Shown: one piece after another, positions 55,660-64,000 of the stretch
Position numbering within the stretch: the stretch's first letter is position 1
Layout of the letters: every line of letters starts with the position of its first letter
Assembly: GCA_943704425.1 (NCBI GenBank)
Contig: CALSCP010001670.1
Coordinates: forward strand, 1-64,000
DNA from: Ministeria vibrans ATCC 50519
Lineage: Eukaryota; Protista; Filasterea
DNA: 64,000 nucleotides
Direction: 5' to 3'
The notes under the pieces: model-generated
What the model was told of the DNA's origin: nothing
Database searches by the model: none
The model's input: the letters and a program-made list of their open reading frames with translations, nothing else
Program-made: the position numbers and the translations under genes

Positions 55660-56395
55660 TCAGAAAGGGTCTTCTGAGGAGTCACTATCCTCATAGGGAC
55701 GGCGGTTGTGATGATGGTGTGAGGGGCGACGGGTGTCTGTGTGGGCGTTGCGTCTGTCGATAATGATGCGTCCGCCGCGGCCCATGCGACGGCGGGCGTT
55801 GGCGAGCACTGGGCCACGCACAAAGAGCCGCACGTCGGTATACAAGTGATCTCGCGAGATGTCGGCGGAGGCTGGCCACATGGTTTTAGCGGTAGTGGTG
55901 GTGGCAGTAGGCGCTTGGTATTGACAGTCGGAACGTGGTCGGAAGGCAAATGGGTCGCGCAAGAGTAATCCTCCATTGTAGTCTGCATCCTCTTCCTCCT
56001 CTTGATTCTCCCCTTCGTCACCAGCGTCTTCTGCCGCACTCATCTCAGTCCCTGACTCTCCCACTCCGGTCGTTCGCCTTCGCTTGCACCGACGCACATC
56101 CGTCGTTGTGTCCTCGTCCTCGTCCTCGTCCGACGACTCAAGCAACATGAGTAGTTCCGCACGAGTCAGCTCGGTACGCTCTGTTGCTGCAACAAATGCC
56201 GCGGCAGCCGCATTCAAAATTGGCTCGACGACTGGCACAGCCGCAGTAGAGGTGGTGAGAGTTGCAGCACTGCTGCCACGATGTCTCTTAAGCGGCTTTG
56301 ACGACGGCACAAGACTCCCACCCGAGTAAGGGGGATCGTCTGCGTCGCGCGCTCGTCTGCGTCGCTGCACAGGCGCACTGCCATGCTGTTGGTGA

Positions 56396-56480
<85 letters not shown>

Positions 56481-58059
56481 GCATTTGGTGCATCATCATG
56501 AGCCGTTTGGCCTCGGCTGCTCCGCTCCCATTGCCGTACCGCACCACAGAGGCCCCTCCAGCTACACCAGCACCGACAGTCGCGCCACTGGTCATGGCAA
56601 GGGCGCCCATGGAGGCGCTTGCCGTCAAGGGGGCGGCAGCAGAGGCGGCCGCCGCAGCCGCCATGTGAGAGCGTTCGGCGCGACTTCGGGCCAGTGCAAT
56701 ATCGCCAATGGACGGCACACAGCCGAGAGTGCTCAGACGCGCATAGCTGGGCAACACTGTGCGGTTCCAGTCCTCGACCTCGGTCCGCTTCATAAAAATC
56801 TGCTTCTCCGCCACCAGCATGTTGTGCTTGTCCTCCTCTCGCTGCACCACAAGCTCCAGCAGATGGTGTGCGCGCTCGAGTTCCGCGCGAAGGTACATCA
56901 TGCGCTCGAGCGATGCTGCGTCGTTCTGACGGTGCCGTCGTGTCTGCATCTTCTCGGCGCGTCTTCTAAATGCCGTGTATGGATCGTCGCGTGTAAGCTG
57001 CGGTTGTGTGCGGCTCTCCAGTCGAATGATGGGCGTGAGCCGTTTCACGTGGTGGTGGTAGTCGCACGCCATGCCTGCCTGCCCCAAAACGCTTTCAAAC
57101 ACGCGTCTGCGCTCCACCCAATGCTCATGCACCGCGCGCAGTACATCCAATTGCAAGAGTGGATCCAACGACGACGACGACGACGACGACGCAACAGCAT
57201 CGCTTGTCGTCTCACCGTCTCGCCTGGCGCCCACCGACTTACGTCCTGCCTCGTTGTGCTGCAGCTGGTACAGCAGCGTGTCTACACCAAGCTGCCTTCT
57301 AAATGCTACGAGACCCTTTTCAAGGTGGTCCAGTGCAAGTTCAAGCTGCCGTTTCCCTAATGGTGCCAGTGATGCGGTCGACGATGTGGCATCGCCTTCA
57401 TCCTTTGACGTTGTTGTCGCTGTTGCTGTTGTGATGGTCGTGGCGCTGGTAGTCGCCCGTTGGTTGTACTGGGTGAGCCACTCCTCGTCGTCAGAGTCGA
57501 GACAGTAGTCGGGCAAATCCTCGTCTTCGATGGGTGCCATCATCACCTGAATGTACTCCTTGCTCGCTCGATATGTTCCGCTGTACAATTCGTTATAGCT
57601 CTCGTCCGCAATGCGCGTCACTTCGGGTGTTGGAATCACCAGCATCTCCTTGCTTACTGCACCTCCGTCGGAGTGCTTCAATTGTGCTGAGGACGCCTCA
57701 ATTACTCGTACAAGATGATGTTCCTGCACCAGAAACAATGAATTATTACAAATATTATACATGTAATAGTAGTAGTAGGAGTAGCTGTAGTGTAGTAGGT
57801 AGTAGTGGTAGTAAAGTAGTAGAGTAGTAGAGTAGTTAGTTAGTAGTAGAGTCGTAGTGAGTTGTTGCTGTTGTGGTTGTGTGACAAGACCATGCTCATG
57901 CCTTACCTTCTCTTCCTCCTTGTCCATGCCAGTCGCCATTTCAGGCAGCGCCCTCTGCGTTGCTTGATCTTCGTCTAAATCCCTGACGTCCTCTTGTCTG
58001 AGCACAGCCATGGCGCGACCCACATCGAGCTGACGCGCTCGAAAGTTGGGTTTCGACAT
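55660..58059 (-). CDS. EPC1: Enhancer of polycomb (NuA4 subunit EPC/Epl1)
   Basis: FRARQLD, MATGMDKEEEK-EHHL, IPTP, PDYCLDSDDEEWL, DPYTAFRRRAEKMQTRRHRQND, RRRMGRGGRIIIDR; polyQ tract; one intron. Confidence 0.92.
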
Positions 58060-59106
58060 GGCAGTGCGCCCTATGTACAAGCGCAAAGGGCGACGTTTGA
58101 CTTTTGTGACTTTTGTACAACACTCACACTAACAATAATGATAATGATTGTTTTTGGTTGACGATAAAAAACCTCAACAATAAGACACACTATATGATAA
58201 AAAAATAATCAAAAACACAACGTACGACAAATATACACAAGGGAGAGGCTGTGGGCCACGTGCTACGAATAGAAGTAGAGGGAACAGCGGCGTGTTGGGT
58301 TGTGATTAGCATTCGATGACAAAAATGGTAAACAAACGAATCAGGTGAAAAAGACCGCGACTAATGGCACGGTAGATGGATAGGCATGAAGAAGTAGAGT
58401 GATGGGCGCGAGAGACATTGGCTGGTCCGGGTCGCAATTTGAGGTGAGCCGACGAAAACGCGGTGTGGCAAGTTTGCGAAAAAAAATAATCAGGCAACGG
58501 CAGCGCGTGGATCGTCGAGGGATCGTTGGGGACGCCCAAGTGTGGACGAATGACGGTGCGGGATTGGGGATTTCTAACAAGGGCGCGACGGGATCGACGC
58601 GAGTCGGTGCGCCAACGGTTGCCTTCTCATCCGTCGACCATGGCCACCGTAGGAATTTTTTTCGCGTACAATTTTCATGCCTATATGAGTGTACGAGGGG
58701 TGGGGAGCACGCGAAGGGCATTGAGAGAAATGTAGAAAAATCGCAACACTGAAAAGCTAATCAAAAACAAAATTGCCAGCGCGAATCAACGTAGGCGGCA
58801 CTTCAGATCGACGCAGCAGACACAGTTGATAACGATACAAACCTTGGCGGGCTCCTCAGATGGACCAGAAAAATTTTAAAGATGAAAATCTATTGTTACA
58901 AATCGCTTACAAATAACGAGAATTGTCTGAGTGCATCTGCCTACCTCAATCAAACGGTGCACAATAACACTTGCGATAATGATGTTATTGATGATGTTAT
59001 TTGGCCGTATTTTAACGTTATTGAAGGTGTCAGGAAATCTACTCAGTTGAAGATCGAATGAAAAATGAAGTCAGATAAATCATTTTTTTTGCTCGTTTGT
59101 CTCTCA

Positions 59107-60001
59107 ATGCTCGCTGTCTTTCGAGGACTCCGCGCCGACCTTTCGAATACAGTAGGCCGTCTGCTGCGCGAGGCCTTTCCGCCTGCCCCACACTTTTCTC
59201 TTGCGGGCGTTTATGGTAATCTCTCTCTTTCTGTCTCTCTCTCTGTCTCTCTGTCTCACTTTCTGTGTGTGTGACCCTCTCTTTAGGCAGCGATGTGCAT
59301 CCGCACGGCGACAGTGGAGCGGTGGGGGCGCAGCAGGACGCGGGCGATGGGATTTGGTGGATGGCTGTGCCCAAGAAGCGCACGACTCTCGCGCGTCGCC
59401 ACAAACGGCGCTCCTTGTGGGCTCGCGCGCCTCACTCGGGCGTCAAAGTATGCCTTGTGTGCCGTGGCGCTGCGTTAAGACACCATTTGTGTCCGAACTG
59501 TCTGGGAAAAGCTCAGTTGGAAACTGTCAAAGTCAAAGAGGTAAAGAAAAAAACGACAAAATCACCTGACAATAATGGTCGATTAGGCGGATCCCTCTCG
59601 ATACGGCCAAGCAACGCTTTTCCCCGACATGTACTACGACTTACTGTAAGAAACATCACACAGACACAGACATATTTTATATGAATGTTATACGTTATTA
59701 TGAGTATTTATGGCGTACCATTGCGATTACCTCACTGGATAGTGAGTGCACTTGTGCTTTTTGGTGTTGATCCTGGTGACTGTATTATGAATATATGGGT
59801 TGTATTCTTCTTCTTCTTCTTATTATTATTATTATTAATATTGACTTGTGTGTCTTTTTCGCCCTTCTTCTCGATCACAGATACTTTGGCAAGAAGAAGC
59901 CCACTGAGGAAGACCGTGCAAAAGCAGAGAAAATCAAAAACACCTTTCTCCGCACACAGGAGAAAAAAGCACACAGGGACGAGAAGCGAGACTCCTTTTA
60001 A
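59107..60001 (+). CDS. MRPL32: Mitochondrial ribosomal protein bL32m; 3' exons uncertain
   Basis: Presequence MLAVFRGLR..., then WMAVPKKRTTLARRHKRR...CLVC...RHHLCPNC. Confidence 0.8.
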
Positions 60002-60067
60002 AACAATTCTTTTATTATTATGTAAAGCAACACACATTCCCTCCCATTTTTTTTACCACCAATGCGA

Positions 60068-62203
60068 TTATTTCTGCTTGCGAAAGGACTGCTCAATCTC
60101 CTCGAGCGTCTTGCCCTTGGTCTCGGGGACTACAAAAGCAATGAAGACGGCGCCCACTGCACAGATGGCGCCGTAGAACCAAAAGGTCCCGGCGTTAGTC
60201 AGCTTGTCGTTCATCTCCTTGAACGTTTCGGTCACAATGAAGCTCAGTGTCCAGTTGAGCAGAGTTGCCATTGAACTGGCGTATCCGGCGATTCTCAGAG
60301 GGAAGATTTCGCTCATGATGAGCCAGGGAATGGCACCCGAGCCCAGACTGAACATGAGAATGTACCCAATGCAGGCAACGAGAGCCAGCGCAGTCGGCAG
60401 AGGGTGCCCAATATGGTCCTATTCAACCAAACACGCCAGAGTTACACCACACACACACACACACACACACACATTGTCCCACATTGTTTTTTTTTCTCTC
60501 TGACTGTCTGTCTGTCTCCACTCACCTTATAGTAAAACACAACACCCAAGAGAGTGATGGTCAGGGCCATTCCAATCGACGAGACGAGAAGAAGCGTGCG
60601 ACGCCCCGCCCGGTCCATCAGCAGCACTGCCACAACCGTCGCACCCACTTGTACCCCTCCAACGGCAAGCGACGCCGAGTTAGCGTTGGTAATGCCCGCA
60701 GAGGCAAGGATGGTGGTAGAGTTGAGGATCACCTGTAAAACACACACACATACACACAAATTATTACGCCCTTATAAAATGATTGCATAATGATTCTTCT
60801 TCTTACACTGTTGATTCCACTGAACTGCTGATAGGTCATAAGGCCAAAGGAAATGACAAAGGGCATGAGATACTGGCGGTCAAAGATGTCGGTGAAGGAG
60901 GCCTTGGTGGCCAGTTGATGGCGCACCGACACCTCAATGTCGTCAAACTCGGGTTCAATGTTGGCGCGGGGCCCGCGCAGACGCTGCAAGGAGCGCTCAG
61001 CGTCGTCGTTGCGGCCTTTAGAGACAAGCCAGCGTGGGGTAGGTGGCATAAAGAAGCAGGCGACAAAGAGCAGAGCGGGCATGCCAGCTCCAATGAACGC
61101 CAGTGGTTTCCACGCCAGCTTGACACCAATGCCATAGACAAAAAGAATGCCGACGGTGATGCTGAGCTGGAACGACGAGCCCAACATGCCGCGCAGACGC
61201 GCCGGTGCAATCTCAGACAGATACATGGGCGTTGCCTGTGAGGTCATACCCAGACCAATGCCTGTGAAAATGCGGCCCGCGTAGAGCATGGGGACGGGCG
61301 AGGTGATGCTGTCGCAGAAGCCAATGAGCAGCCAGCCGAGAATAAATGGCAGACACGCCAGCTGCATGCTGCGCATTCGTCCAATTCCGTTTGTCAGAGC
61401 ACCCGACACAATCGCTCCGATCATGGCACCCACATTTACCAATGATCCAAACAACGAGTCCTACACACACAAACACACACACACATTACTACTCATCTCG
61501 CGTTGCAAGATCTCATCTGTACCTCTGTGGGAGACAGGTCAAGATCAATATCCATCTGTGCTGCCGTGGGCGACGTGTAGCCAAGAGTGTAGCCAAAGGA
61601 GAAGGGCCCAATCAGCGCAAACATGGTGATGATAACCACTGGAAGAGTTGAGATCTAAAAGTGGGGTGTGAATATGCAAGATAGCCTGCCGTTCTCTTTG
61701 CGCAGACGTCATCAGAGACCGTATTCATGCCGGATCACACTCACAACTCAACGAATAATAAGGCAGCAAAGGACTCAAACGAACGGAAGAAAAGCGCACA
61801 ATTCCGTCTTGGCAATGCGGAATGACCACAGAGCGGTTACGCCGGAACCCCACCGCCAATCCATGCCGCGTATACACGACAGGGCAATCACTGAAGGCTC
61901 CACTGCAAGCGGAGCGCCACGAAAGAGCCTGGAATAGCGGAAATGCGGACGACTCATGACAAAGAGAGATGAAATTTTTTTTCGCATCACGCAAAAATGT
62001 CTCTCTCTTCTCTCTCTCTCTCTCTCTCCAACACAACACACAGCGAGTGCGCATCGTTGGCACGGCAGTGCGTACAGCCCATGGGGATGTACCTCGCCGT
62101 CGTCCCGGCCCTTCAGCACACTGTCATCGTCTTGAATGGTGGCAGTGCGTGAGTCGTTCTTTCTTCCGCCCAACAGCGGTGTCTGGTCCGTCGGTCCTCC
62201 CAT
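60068..62203 (-). CDS. Sugar porter, GLUT8/GLUT6-like
   Basis: N-terminal DQTPLL dileucine; FGSLVNVGAMIG, YLSEIAPARLRG, PPTPRWL, QQFSGIN, DRAGRR, IPWLIMSEIFP, PETKGKTLEEI. Confidence 0.92.
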
Positions 62204-62435
62204 TGGTTGTGTCGCACGCCACAGTCCGTGGTGATTGATACAAATATACCAAAAAAAAGAAAATAAACTGACGCAACTCATGCAAGGGCGGTGGGGCGCG
62301 AGGGACGACTCACAAGACCCACTTTGAGTTTGATCATCCATCCAATTCGTTGAGCGATTAATTTTATCGAAAGTTGAAACTTCAAACTTTTTAATTTTTA
62401 TTTGTTTTCCTATACCAAATCAATTTTTACGTAAC

Positions 62436-62773
62436 ATGAATGTTGATCATGAAGTCGAGATGCTCGTCACAGAGATGAAGCGAATTGGAAGTCAGAATGC
62501 CCAGGGCCAATACGAAGTACAGTCTCTCCTTCTCTCGCGCTCTCTCTCCCTTCCCGTCGCCTCCCCTCACGTGCCTGACACGATCGTGCGCGTGGTGCTG
62601 TCTAGGTGACGTTTGGCGTGATGTTTCGGGACGATCGCTGTGCGAATATCTTTGAGGCTCTGGTTGGAACTCTTCGAGCGGCCAAACGGCGCAAGATCAT
62701 CGCCTTCCAGGGCGAAATGCTGCTCCAGGGCGCCCACGATGACGTTGTAATCACCCTGTTGAAGGAAGACTGA
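62436..62773 (+). CDS. ABRACL: Costars-family protein (2 exons, absent from the ORF track)
   Basis: MNVDHEVEMLVTEMKRIG...VTFGVMFRDDRCANIFEALVGTLRAAKRRKII.FQGEMLLQGAHDDV. Confidence 0.93.
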
Positions 62774-62853
62774 TTTATTGCGCTTCTTTTGATGTGAATT
62801 CGATAAATATTTAATATTTTTTTGCGTTCATTATCATTATCATTTTTTTTTTG

Positions 62854-64000
<1,147 letters not shown>

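Overview
Gene-dense eukaryotic genomic DNA with short GT-AG introns full of (CT)n/(CA)n microsatellites and a few N gaps. Gene content is opisthokont/holozoan-like and the style resembles a unicellular protist such as a choanoflagellate (inference). About 27 protein genes were reconstructed by hand-splicing; gene coordinates are spans including introns. Most are housekeeping: RPC34, START protein, SMG9, myosin-I, VPS52, TFB5, fused Trp synthase, TAF10, GT2, Rubicon-like, MPST, GOT1, GS-hydroquinone reductase, Rab8-like, EPC, bL32m, GLUT8-like, Costars and a PANK4-like DUF89. Many sit in tight head-to-head pairs. The most notable item is a 6-exon gene (49009-46498, minus strand) that the ORF track breaks into pieces. 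It encodes a signal peptide, a ~260-aa domain I cannot recognise, a Hedgehog-type Hint domain with unusual catalytic substitutions, an SRR-like helix and a hydrophobic tail, i.e. a candidate non-animal Hedgehog-like autoprocessing precursor. Other highlights: a myosin-I with a triplicated post-IQ module on phase-0 exons; an LHFPL-like tetraspan fused to a degenerate adenylate-kinase domain; a degenerate dynamin-like protein; a polyproline/DPW/WH2-like/WKK-repeat adaptor; a RING-TRAF-BTB-pentapeptide protein with recent repeat expansion; and an intron made largely of telomeric repeats.
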